A stretch of 64,000 nt of DNA from Eledone cirrhosa (Eukaryota). Of this stretch, positions 1 to 12,288 are shown one piece after another (position 1 is the first letter of the stretch; each line of letters opens with the position of its first letter). A program made the position numbers and the translations under genes. A model generated the notes under the pieces. It ran no database searches, was not told the DNA's origin, and was given only the letters and a program-made list of their open reading frames with translations. Location: contig OZ024740.1 in the NCBI GenBank assembly GCA_964016885.1, positions 328,352,001 through 328,416,000 on the forward strand. Reading direction: 5' to 3'.

Positions 1-69
1 AGAGGTAGAGCACTCAGTCCATGGGACCAGTTAGGTAGAAGTGGTTACACAACAGTTAGTTCACCATAC

Positions 70-107
70 CGAGAACAATTGTTTCACCTTAGCGGATCCT
101 CAGCTCG
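70..107 (-). ncRNA. Type I hammerhead ribozyme motif (PLE/retrozyme type)
   Basis: Minus strand reads cgag-CTGAGGA-t cc gctaa gg t-GAA-ACAATTGT-T^ctcg: 4-bp helix I, intact core, palindromic helix III, GUU site; abuts (TA)n. Confidence 0.7.
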
Positions 108-155
<48 letters not shown>

Positions 156-365
156 ATAATAATACTATTTATAGTTATGTATATAGTATAAACAACTATA
201 AACAGGAAGGTCAGTAATTTCTTAATTACCTTATTAGCTCAATGTATGAACATCAGTTGTTTTACAGAGCAGTTAAATAAATAAATTTCATTACAGGTCC
301 AACTGATTTTTGCGAGCCGAGTGAAAAGAAGAAAAGTAAAATAAACTGTTTTGCTCAGACATAAG

Positions 366-366
<1 letters not shown>

Positions 367-419
<53 letters not shown>

Positions 420-425
420 GCACGC

Positions 426-473
<48 letters not shown>

Positions 474-560
474 ACGCACACACACACACACACACACACA
501 CGCTCGCGCGCACACACACACACACACATGCACACTCACACACACACACTAGCGCGCGAG

Positions 561-580
<20 letters not shown>
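367..580. repeat. (CA)n/(CG) compound microsatellite
   Basis: Direct reading. Confidence 0.95.
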
Positions 581-591
<11 letters not shown>

Positions 592-604
592 GGCTTTTAT
601 ATGA

Positions 605-647
605 CAAGAACTGATAATTTCTTTCGAATGAAACAGTTGTAGTCCCG
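605..647 (+). ncRNA. Degenerate type I hammerhead motif
   Basis: CTGATAA-t ttc tttc gaa t-GAA-ACAGTTGT-A^gtcccg; G8 mutated, helix I decayed. Confidence 0.4.
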
Positions 648-1291
648 TAGAAGCTATTTCAATATTAAATTTGATGTTTACACTCTACTAATGTACTGAG
701 TACCTTACATACTGTGGTTACTCACGATTGAACCCGGGACTCACCTATATATAATATATATATATAGGCAGAGTTATGTTATTGTACATCAGAAAAATAG
801 CTCCGACAGAGGTGGAATCGCTCATGGCCCCATGCGAGTCCAAGAAGTCGTAGGTAGCTGAATAACAATCCATTAGGAGTTATGATATATTTTGATTATA
901 TTTTTAAAGGTATTTATTCATTTTCCTACAAAATATTCCACCATTTTTATTCATATTCCGAAGACATTAATCACATCCTAAAAATACTTACATACATCAT
1001 AAAGTCCAAATTTATCCAACTAGATTATGTACCCAGACGTAAAACTCTGTTAGTTTCTCTATAATTTTGATATACAGCCAAGTTTGCTTCTCGCAGACTT
1101 CGAAAAGCTTTTCAGAATAGCTTAGTCTTCCGTATTTTTCCGGATCATATTTCTGCTGGCTTCTAATAACATTATTTCACGTAAACGATATGCTCCACCC
1201 CAATTGTGTCATCATCACCTAACATTACACTAGAAATCCTAGTTAACACGTCTATTATTATTGCTGGTGTTATTATTGTTGTTGTTGTTTT

Positions 1292-1363
1292 TCTTCTTCT
1301 TCTTCTTCTTCTTCTTCTTCTTCTTCTTCTTCTTCTTCTTCTTCTTCTTCTTCTTCTTCTTCT
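1292..1363. repeat. (CTT)n microsatellite
   Basis: Direct reading. Confidence 0.95.
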
Positions 1364-2439
1364 CATTGTTGTTGTTCTTGTTATTATTCAATGTTATTTT
1401 CATTGTTTGCTGTACCACCAAGTGAGAACAACAACAACAAGAAAATAAAACCATTCTTTAAACAATAAACTTAACAATAACCATAACAACAACATTAACA
1501 ACAACCGTAAAAACAAAACAATATATTTAAAATGCAGGAGTAACTATAATAAATAAATACTGAAACCATTACAAAAATAACAATTGAAGAATAATGACTA
1601 AAAAGTGAATGAAGAAAACAACAATAACATCAACAACGTCTATTTCAATAGGGAAAACTTTAACGAGAATAACAAGCAATAAGACACCCCACCATCACCG
1701 GCGACGGGGATGACGACGACAGCCACAACAAGAACAATAGCAACAGCAACACAACGAAATCAACAACAATATCCACACGAGCAACATCAACAATAACAGC
1801 TCGACTGCATAATACAGACATCTAGTGGTGTTAAGATTTATCAATACAAAGTGGATAGAGGAATGCTTTAAGAAAACCAAGTTTAAGCTAAAATAGAGAG
1901 GTGGAAAAGAGGTACTGTCTATTGGTGTATGAGGTAGGCACTTCGGTGGATTGTGTGCTTATCAATACTGACTCGTCGTTCGAACTAAACTGTGGAACTT
2001 AGAGAGAAGTGGGGCTTCATAAGTGTAAGCTGAAGACACACGATATAATTGGCGAGGTAAATAAATATATACATATACATCAGGTCCGATCACAATGGAA
2101 CCAAACTTTCATAGTCACCTGCCACCGTGAGTATTTTCTTACTGTTCAATAATATATCTGAAAACATCAAAAGTACAAATAACAATTTTTTTAATCTTTA
2201 CCAGAAAGAAGGATAGCGCCTATAACTATTTAGTCCTACCTGATCTTCCTCTACAAGTGGAACTTGTTAAAACTTGTTAAAGTCATTCTAGTCTAGACCT
2301 GAAAGGGAAGTGTCTGTCCACAGTTATTTCAATTGCATCCAGTATACAACTACTTACGCCATAACCACTAGACATTGGTAAAACTGTACATTTAGGCAAA
2401 ATGATAGAAAAATATTGGGTGGGGTACGTGACGGAAAAG

Positions 2440-2605
2440 TCGACTAGATTGACTCCAATACGTGACCGGTATTTATTTTTATCGGTAGGATGAAAAGCAA
2501 AGTTGACCTTGGTAGCATTTGAACTCGAAACAAAAAGGTACAGTAACTACATTCTGCGACGTATTTTGCCCAACGTTCTCATGATTCCGCAATCCACCAC
2601 CCTTA
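2440..2605 (-). mobile_element. Degenerate tRNA-derived SINE (same family as 11881)
   Basis: ggatgaaaagcaaagttgacc...tttgaactc matches the family core and B box. Confidence 0.55.
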
Positions 2606-3134
2606 AAACCCCTTGTAATGAAAACGATTATATAGAAAAATATAAATTCCAAATTCCAAATACCATACATTTAAATAATCCTCATAAAATTAGATTAGTA
2701 GTCGTAACACATTTTATATAGTATTCTTTTTAAGATGTAACATGTTAATACTAAACAATCAAACATTAAATGCTTATAAAGTACTTGCAATTGACCCTGG
2801 TGCTAAAAAAAACCATTTGAAATGTAACATTATCATAATTAATTGTATAATTAGAAATTTCTGATTGACTTTATGGACAACGAAGTTAAATTAAATTGAA
2901 ATGATTAAGTAGAAACGTTGGATCGTTTATTTTAGAATTGGTATGAAACCCATCTTCATAAGAATTAATTACAGACCCGGGATGAGATCTAGTTTATTAA
3001 ATTAAATTCTCCTTGGTTCAACCAGTAAAAACTGTCTAATGTAATAAACATTAATGGTAAGGCAGCAGTAGGTCTTTACCATAAAGAAGTAAAGGAATGG
3101 TGTTGGGGTATGTTCTACGACGTCTGTTCTGTTA

Positions 3135-3460
3135 ATGATGTAGGATAGATTACAATGGCGGTTAGTTTCGCAATGATGAGGTCTCGGGTTCGATCTCACT
3201 GTGTGACATTTCAGTCAAGTGTCTTTTCAATATCCTCGGGTCGACTAAAATCATTTGAGGGAAATTGGCTATGCGGAAACTGCATAAAAGCCAGTCGGAT
3301 TAATTGCACTTAGAAGTCAAAGGTCCAACCTTATCACAGTGTATAACATTAATTTGACATGGGAATCCCGTTTAGGCTGCTCGCCTCTGTGTTAATTCTT
3401 GAGATCATTTGATTTAACAATTAAATATTCATCATCGAAACAGACGGAGGATCAGTAAAG
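3135..3460 (+). mobile_element. Degenerate tRNA-derived SINE, second family
   Basis: B box gggttcgatc followed by CORE-like tcaagtgtctt segment. Confidence 0.45.
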
Positions 3461-3720
3461 GCAATATATTTAATATAAAGTTTCATAGGGAATATTCAGA
3501 ATATGATGCAGTATTTGAATAGAATTCTTTACGTCAGGAGATCAAATCCAGCAGGGTTCAAACATCTCTTTTCGTGATTCCGAGATAGATAAAATAAAGA
3601 ACTAGTTTGGAATCTGACCACCATAATCGACTATAACTTCGACATTGTATGGCTCCTGTGCATATATCAGAAAGAAATGAACTTCTATAAAGACATATTT
3701 CTATTGTCCAAATGGTATTC

Positions 3721-3766
<46 letters not shown>

Positions 3767-3771
<5 letters not shown>

Positions 3772-3959
3772 AACGAGTAGGACCCCGACGGCTGAGCTCA
3801 AGCCGTTTCGACGGCTAATTCTGAACTCAGAATTAGCCGTCGAAACGGCTTGAGCTCAGCCGTCGGGGTCCTACTCGTTCCTATTACCCACTCTACTACC
3901 CTAAGTATTGAGTACTTTGGTGCGTTATGGTCCACCTGGTTCCTTACCACATTTCCTTC

Positions 3960-3962
<3 letters not shown>
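3767..3962 (+). mobile_element. Fold-back hairpin element with 3' tail (family A), in (TA)n
   Basis: Perfect ~58-bp-arm palindrome 3767-3884 plus ~78-nt tail; about 8 copies in window; contains GAAA-stem-GTC hammerhead helix III register. Confidence 0.85.
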
Positions 3963-3996
<34 letters not shown>

Positions 3997-4000
<4 letters not shown>

Positions 4001-5238
4001 GAATAATCGAGTATCGGAAAATCAGCTCACGAATTAACGATAAACAATATCCGATATGAGCGGCAGAGGGCTCAATAATTTGGATAAATCAGAGCTATAA
4101 CTATCGTTAAATTACCAACACATAGAGATTATGCCTAAAATCACCCGTGCAGCCGACAAAGAACGACCAGGAAGATTCGGGTCACTCAAATAAAATATCA
4201 ATAAATCAATAATTTAAATGAATGTAAAAAACTTACCCGGACCCGCTAGAAGGGTGTTAAATCTAGCTTCTTGGGTTTCTGCAATTCCTTAATCCGTTCA
4301 CTATCAGCCCACATAAAAATATATAAGACTTCTAGGGAAGGAGTGGACCGGAAGAGCTTTATCAACGGGTTCCGTCCGATAATAAAGAAGTGACCTTTAG
4401 CCAGACACGCACATTGTGCCCAGCAAGGGAGATAACCTCTATATTAGCGAAAAAATTTTCGGTAATGTGGAAATCATGTAGGAATACAAAATATCACATA
4501 TCGAATCAGAGTGCTCAATAGACATGTTAAAATAAACAGGAGCTATTCATCAGTCAATAGAATCGACAAAAAATGATCAATAAAATTAACTGGTCAATAG
4601 CTAGGTCTAGAGCTAAATATAATAGAATAATCGAGTATCGGAAAATCATCTCACGAATTAACGATAAACAATATCCGATATGAGTGGCAGAGGGCTCAAT
4701 AATTTGGATAAATCAGAGCTATAACTATCGTTAAATTACCAACACATAGAGATTATGCCTAAAATCACCCGTGCAGCCGAAAAAGAACGACCAGGAAGAT
4801 TCGGGTCACTCAAATAAAATATCAATAAATCAATAATTTAAATGAATGTAAAAAACTTACCCGGACCCGCTAGAAGGGTGTTAAATCTAGCTTCTTGGGT
4901 TTCTGCAATTCCTTAATCCGTTCACTATCAGCCCACATAAAAATATATAAGACTTCTAGGGAAGGAGTGGACCGGAAGAGCTTTATCAACGGGTTCCGTC
5001 CGATAATAAAGAAGTGACCTTTAGCCAGACACGCACATGGTGCCCAGCAAGGGAGATAACCTCTATATTAGCGAAAATAATTTCGGTAATGTGGAAATCA
5101 TGTAGGAATACAAAATATCACATATCGAATCAGAGTGCTCAATAGACATGTTAACATAAACAGGAGCTATTCATCAGTCAATAGAATCGACAAAAAAATG
5201 ATCAATAAAATTAACTGGTCAATAGCTAGGTCTAGAGC

Positions 5239-5243
<5 letters not shown>
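3997..5243. repeat. Near-identical tandem dimer of a ~623-bp unit between (TA)n tracts
   Basis: Unit aatagaataatcgag...ctagagctaaat at ~3997 and ~4621. Confidence 0.9.
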
Positions 5244-5298
<55 letters not shown>

Positions 5299-5846
5299 TT
5301 TAGGTTTGTTGGTTCACCACAAGATAGAACTGGTCATTCCGTATGTAATATTAGGAAGAGCACTCGACGTTATGCAACTCATCCATCTTCGTTTATGTTG
5401 AATCTTGTTAGTGGTGCGAGAACGGAGTTAATTATTATTGAGTAAAATGACAGGAGGCTGGACTGGTGAAACCCCTTCAAAGATTTATTACAAACACTAT
5501 GCACCTGTCAATGACCAGGTTGCGTAGGATCCTGGTGACATCATCAGGTGTTAATTGTATAAAAGTTATCTAATAAAGGAATATAATAAAGGGGCTGAAA
5601 AGCAGAGAGAAATGTTTAAGACTCCCTCGGATAGGGAGAGTTGATAGGTCTGCAATCCCGTCTATTTAGAAGTGTGTCAAATTACGTTATTCATTGTACT
5701 CATTACATATATAAGAGAATTTGGTATGAAGTGAACAATATTTGGTTGTTATGTTTAACAGAGGGAGCAGCTACATAAAACCTTTTTTTCGTCAGTTGGC
5801 CAAGCTAGTAGAGGTATGAGTCTCATGATTGTACAGTTAACGATTC

Positions 5847-5914
<68 letters not shown>

Positions 5915-6516
5915 CATTGCCTTGTACAATTTTAGTATTTCTCTTTACTAGAATTACTTTGCAATGTTTTACCAATTATAATCTGCAAATAAAGCAACTA
6001 TTTAATTCTGAACCAATATGCAACTATTTATAATTACGTTTCTGTTTGTCATTGATATGACTGAACACAAACAGAATTCGCCTAAGATCTAGAAGGGTTA
6101 AACAGTTTAAAGCAAAATATTTAATTCAAGCTTACGCCAAGGTTTTTTGTAAATTAATTGGTGCAGAACGGTTTTTGGAATTATATAAACGAAAATATGT
6201 CATTTGAATAATTTTCCAGTTAACTGACTTAAATGAAAAAATCATTCAAATGGTACTTTTATATAAAGTGCAAATAAATTTTAAATCGAAAATGTTACAT
6301 GAATTAAGATTTGTTTGAATGGTGCTCTAATTTCTTTACCGATGTAATTTTCTAATTATAACTCCATTTGTTAATTTATGTCGTTTTCAATCATATTCGT
6401 AGATTTCCGTCTGAGATAAGACTACTTAATAGTTTACTATACGTATATATACCTGCGTCTCATAAATGTAAACACACGCATAAACACACACGCGCGCGCG
6501 CGCGCACACACACATT

Positions 6517-6591
<75 letters not shown>

Positions 6592-6600
6592 ATGCATATG

Positions 6601-6870
6601 ATGATGGGGATGGCTGCAACTCGATTTCGAGTAATGCCATCGCTTGATACTGAAGCAAGAGCATAAAGAAGAACTGGTCTACATCATTGAATGCAAACGA
6701 AGTTGCAGGTTTTATATCAGAGTGACCTTCTCCTAGAGAGATGACTTTAAGAAGACTAGGAGTCCCCCCTCCCCCCAAAAAAATGAATTGGATGGCCATT
6801 GACTCTCCAGAGTTACTCCGTCCTTTGATGGATTTGTTTGGTGAGGAGGGTGGTTTTGGACACCCTGCGG
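6601..6870 (-). mobile_element. RTE-LINE 5'-UTR-like dispersed repeat
   Basis: Shares motifs (ctccgatataaaacctgc; ggtgaggagggtg..tggacaccctg) with 9900-10500 and 23480-23960. Confidence 0.45.
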
Positions 6871-7004
6871 GTGTATGTGTGTGTGTCTATGTGTCTATAT
6901 ATATGTGTGTGTGTAGTGGACTGTCTTAAATTATCGAAAAATAAGAATGTCACTTCCTTGGAAAACTGAACGTTGAAAAAACCGAAAATATTTTTCAGGA
7001 AAAA

Positions 7005-7107
7005 TAATAATTGTTTCTAATTTAGGCACAAGGCCAGAAATTACCCAGTGCATTACTGGTACTTTATTTTATCGACCTCGTAAGGATGAAAGGCAAAGTC
7101 AACCTCC
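7005..7107 (-). mobile_element. SINE fragment (11881 family)
   Basis: Matches 3' half of 11881-12071. Confidence 0.8.
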
Positions 7108-7151
7108 ATAAAACGTTCTTAGAAACGATAAATCTGAGTTTTTCGAATATT

Positions 7152-7232
7152 AATAATTGTTTCTACTTTTGGCACAAGGCCAGCAATTATCTCAGTGTAT
7201 TACTGGTACTTTATTTTATCGACCCCGTAAGA
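7152..7232 (-). mobile_element. SINE fragment (11881 family)
   Basis: Matches 3' end of 11881-12071. Confidence 0.75.
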
Positions 7233-8052
7233 ATATTAATAATATTTGATTCGTTTGCAATTATGCAAACAGCCTCTTTAAAGCCATGTCTTAGAAACGC
7301 TTATTTATATTATTAAATGGGGTATCATTTTTTTCTTAGCAAACATATATTGGCATTATAATTTATATAAATAAATGTCGGTGTTACAAATCAAGATGAA
7401 CTTGTTTATTATCAAAAGCCCAAGAATAAAGTTCAAGAAAACGTAACAAAACCTTCTGTGGGTGGGCCCCATCGCGTACCAATACATTAGTTAAATACCA
7501 TTCTTTCATCTGATATATCTGTAAATTATATTCATGTCATGCAACAAAGGAATGAAGACAAAGGGCGATAAGCTAAGAAGATTTATGTGATTATGAATTA
7601 TGATTGTTCGCTTTCGGTTTGTATTGGAAAAGTGATGAAGGTTTTTTTTTCTAATTTTTCCTTAAATTCACATCAATATTTTTGTCAAGATTTGTTTACT
7701 TTTAAAAATGTTAATATGCTTGTCAAATGTCTTTTAAGGACATTTTTTTTTACTTACTCCTGCATTATAGATAAACAAAGGCATTTAGATATCGTCTTAC
7801 ATTTCCATTTAATAAATGTCAATAGTGTTTGCCAAATAATTACGACTTTTAAAAATATAAATAAATGTCATTTTGTAATTATATTTTCATTATATTTGAA
7901 TTTTCGGTCTTTGAAGCAGATGGTGTTCTTAATTTTTGTTATTTTTAAATTCGGTCTTACGGCGTTCGAGATTATGTCATTCGGTGTTATGATCAGCAAC
8001 CACATAAGTAAGTAAGTAAATTTATGTATGTATGTATGTATGTATGTATGTT

Positions 8053-8404
8053 ATCTCTTTCTCTTAATTTCGAGTATATTTTTTTTGACCGGCCACCTTC
8101 CTGGTGGCAAGGTTGTAAAAGAAAAGAAATTGTCATCCCTTGAATCGCAAGAATGTTTTGCAAATTTTGAAGGTGCCAGCTATCGCAGCCATTTGTAGAC
8201 TATGAATTAGGGAGCTGCGCTTTTTGTCCGCAAATCCAAGTTCAGTCATACTTTGGTCCAAACGGATTGGTATATAACCCGTAGCTCCAATAATGATTGG
8301 TATGAAGCTAAAGGTGTATCTTGGATACTGGATTTGTAAACTCCTCATCAATGGTCCGTAGATGTCCTCCTTCTCCTGTATTTTTCTGACAACGTTTACA
8401 TCAA
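8053..8404 (-). mobile_element. 3' fragment of an RLE-type (R4-like) non-LTR element within (TATG)n
   Basis: Translation ...[33 protein letters not shown] is typical of an RLE C-terminus; (TATG)n on both sides. Confidence 0.7.
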
Positions 8405-8599
8405 GTATGTATGTATGTATGTATGTATGTATGTATGTATGTATGTATGTATGTATGTATGTATGTATGTATGTATGCATGTATGCATGTATGCATGTAT
8501 GTAGGCGCTTGTGAATATATATATTCGCGTGTGTGTGTGTGAGTATACAATATAGTATAGTATAATATTGTACAGTATAGTATTGTATTGTATAGTATA

Positions 8600-8642
<43 letters not shown>

Positions 8643-8647
<5 letters not shown>

Positions 8648-8847
8648 AAATAGTCAGAACCCCTACGGCAGAGCTCAAGCCGTTTCGACAGAGCTATTTC
8701 TGGACGCAAATGAGTCCAGAAATAGCTGTCGAAACGGCTTGAGCTCTGCCGTAGGGGTTCTGACTATTTTCCTATTACCCACTCTACAAAGTATCGAGTA
8801 CTCTGGTGAGTTATGGTCCACTTGGTTCCTTACCACACTTCATTCGT

Positions 8848-8848
<1 letters not shown>
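8643..8848 (+). mobile_element. Fold-back hairpin element, family A
   Basis: Palindrome plus tail homologous to 3767-3962. Confidence 0.85.
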
Positions 8849-8921
<73 letters not shown>

Positions 8922-9122
8922 AAACATAAATAACAAAGCAAACTACAAAGTTCATGACGAAATATATTAGTTTAACGCTTGAAATAAAAGGAAAAGAATC
9001 ATAATGTTTCGGACACTAGTCATTAGTCAGAAGATATGATTAGAAATAAAAGATAAAATAGAAAGATAAAGAGTGAGAACAGGAAGGAACGGAAAAAAAT
9101 GAGAACAAAAGACATTTTGGAG

Positions 9123-9314
<192 letters not shown>

Positions 9315-9376
9315 TAGAAAGTGATTTTTTTTTTAACAAAATGAAAAATAACCGAGGTGTCCTACACGAGTGAAAG

Positions 9377-9890
9377 TATAAGGAAAAAAGATGAAATCGA
9401 AAATGCATCTGGAGTATTTTTTTTTTTTATATATATATTTATTTGGTTTCTTTTTCCGGTTTCGCAGTTCTTCTGCTTTTCAAAAGTAGAGTTGAGATGG
9501 AGGGTCTGTGGTTTTTCTCACATCTGTTTGGTCTTTGAATGTTACTTGTTTTATATGGAAAAAAGTGGCTCGAAATGCCAGGTTTTTAGAGAAGTAGTTT
9601 GATTGGTTGGTGAATAAGTATAATAAATTTCTCGCCAGTTCGCGTTACAATGTTCTTCAAACAAAGGGGGCTCAGGTTGTTTTTTCATATATGAGTGAAG
9701 TATTCACGTGACTGCATCAACCAACCAAACTTCACTCATATATGAAAAAACAACCTGAGTTCCCCTCCATCTCAACTCTACTATTGAAAAGCAGAAGAAC
9801 TGCGAAACCGGTAAAGGAACCAAATAAATATGTATATTAAAAAAAAAAACACTCCAGTTGCATTTTCGATTTCATTTTTTTTCCTTATAT
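9377..9890. mobile_element. Inverted-repeat PLE-type remnant with hammerhead in each arm
   Basis: Arms ~9377-9505 and ~9763-9890; nested inverted repeat 9668-9765. Confidence 0.7.
9781..9816 (+). ncRNA. Type I hammerhead motif, U3-A8 core variant
   Basis: TTGAAAA-gcag aagaa ctgc-GAA-ACCGGT-A^aag; inverted copy at 9450-9486 has the same core. Confidence 0.55.
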
Positions 9891-9899
9891 ATATATATA

Positions 9900-10500
9900 T
9901 CATGGCTGGCCCCTCGTTATCGCGTATGGCCATTGCACGATATACCATTATTAATAATTATTAATTAATTCTATCGTGCAATGCCTGTGCGTGAAGATAT
10001 TTTTTAAAGTGAGGAAAGTGCACTGAGCCAATTCCACTCTTTGAGCGACAGTAGCTATAACTCGAAAAGAAGAAAAGATCAACATCATCGGTAACTACTG
10101 AGCCGCAGGTTTTATATCGGAGTTATCCCAGTTTCCTGAGTTGCCTTCTAGAAGAATGCCCTGACAAAAGCTAGGGGTCCTACATTCCCATTGGTTTAAC
10201 CGCGCGATCGGGTATCCAGCCTGACTATTTCTATGTCCCCGCGCATATACATACACATGCACCCATGTGTATACACATATACATACATATGTACATGTGT
10301 ATATACATATTTACATACTTTGGGATGGCCGTTGACTCTTATGAGTTCTTCCGCCCTTTGTCAGATTTTGTTTTTGTCCTGCAGGGTGTCCAAAATCACC
10401 CTTCTCCCCAAGTAAACTTGGTGGGGTTACCGGTTTAGTCGCCGACGACCCGACCATGCGACAGGTTGTAGTGGGTTACATCTAGCACTCAAGAGTGACC
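9900..10500 (-). mobile_element. RTE-LINE 5'-UTR-like dispersed repeat
   Basis: Reverse-complement homology to 23480-23960. Confidence 0.5.
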
Positions 10501-10524
10501 CGATAATAATATTATATACATATA

Positions 10525-10590
<66 letters not shown>

Positions 10591-11880
10591 CATACATACA
10601 TACATACACACACACACATATATATATATATATGTATATAATATGCCCTCATTAATCACAATATACAAAGCCCATATCAATATCACTTATTCATCATATA
10701 TAAAATTTTATATAAGTTTTTGGAATTAATAACTTGTACTTAATTTAATGTAATGCCATAGGTGCAATGAATACTTCATCAATTTTCAAAGCAATCTCTA
10801 TTGGCTTTTTAATATTTAAGGTCTTTGAACTATTGTTATATAATTATATTATGATACACACACAACAGATTTGAAAGTGTCATTGGAGTTTGAAATAACG
10901 TTAATGTAAAATAGATGTCATAAGTATCACAACAGAAATAAAACGGAAAATATATTAATTTCATGAATTTATCTTTCACACAGTAGGATCTCTACATTTT
11001 AAATTTACAGTTATAACCGCCCAATTGTTTTACTTCTTTAATACAAAACGTATCCAACTTCATATCAAAGGCCATATTTCGTCACGCATTTATATATGGT
11101 TCAACATATTTATTTAGCGTCAATACCTATGCGTCAATACATGTGTAATGAAGGATTTAGCATCAATACATATGTAATGAAGGACAACACAATCAGCAGT
11201 AAAACATGTTACAGTTTATGTAGTATGTTTTATACCCTCTAAAACATTTGTAACCATTTACACACTTGTATATAACCTAGATAACTTATAAACATATGCT
11301 TAGAACATGAGAACTTGCTGAATGAAAGTTACATTAGGGAAAATATGTAATTAACAAATGCATTGGTGCGATAAATACGGGTATTTTCTTGACCTTCCCT
11401 GACCTTTTGGTATCTGTGTCACTGGATGATCAGACTTACAGAGGTGATGAAATAGGGTATGAGCGAAGAATATTAAATGGGTTTAACCTGGACTTAACGT
11501 AAACCTTATACAGGGACTCAGCTGCCGATATTCGTATGGCTTAAGATAGTATGTCACGAAATCAGCTCAACAATTCTCTCAAAAGTATCCCTGGAGACGG
11601 AAGAAAGTGGACAGAGATTCCTGCGATGAATTGAAACACTACGCTAAAGAAACGCCATCAGCTCAGTCTTTCGTCTTAAACTATTTAAACTAGTAGCTAG
11701 AAGTATAAATGAAACGGTTGACTTAAGAACATTAAAAAAGTTTGAAATTTAAAATGTTTGCATACCATCCGTGAGATGCCGGTGTGTCCTACATCAATTT
11801 GTTCCGTCATCTAAGGCACTTTACCCGAGGTTCTCAACTATTTTTATATATATATATTATATATAATTTATTTCAGTTGA

Positions 11881-12071
11881 AATAATTGTTTCTACTTTAG
11901 GCACAAGGCCAGCAATTACCCAGTGCATTACTGGTACTTTATTTTATCGACCCCGTAAGGATGAAAGGCAAAGTTAACCTCGGCGGGATTTGAACTCAGA
12001 CTGCAAAGGGACGTAACTATGCTAGAAAGCATGGCGTCCAACCCTCTACCGATACTGCCAATTCACCGCCC
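11881..12071 (-). mobile_element. Full-length tRNA-derived SINE with TSD
   Basis: A box tggcagtatcgg, B box gagttcaaatcc, central gcctttcatcc..gtcgataaaa..gtacc (Meta-domain-like, from memory); TSD tatttcagttgaaataat at 11869-11886 and 12072-12089. Confidence 0.9.
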
Positions 12072-12109
12072 TATTTCAGTTGAAATAATGCTGATTTATT
12101 CGCTTAAAA

Positions 12110-12288
<179 letters not shown>

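Noticed and set aside
4440-4560. Possible hammerhead on minus strand (CTGATGA ... cGAAA)
   Set aside because: Helices I and II cannot be closed in type I or type III register
5501-5552. Hairpin with CTGATGA on minus strand
   Set aside because: No GAAA/NUH half in register
9001-9035. ctgactaatgactagtgtccgaaacatta (minus), HHR-like
   Set aside because: Core too degraded to call
11990-12071. tRNA-like A/B boxes (also at 14516, 30044, 61423)
   Set aside because: SINE heads; no cloverleaf and continuous with SINE bodies
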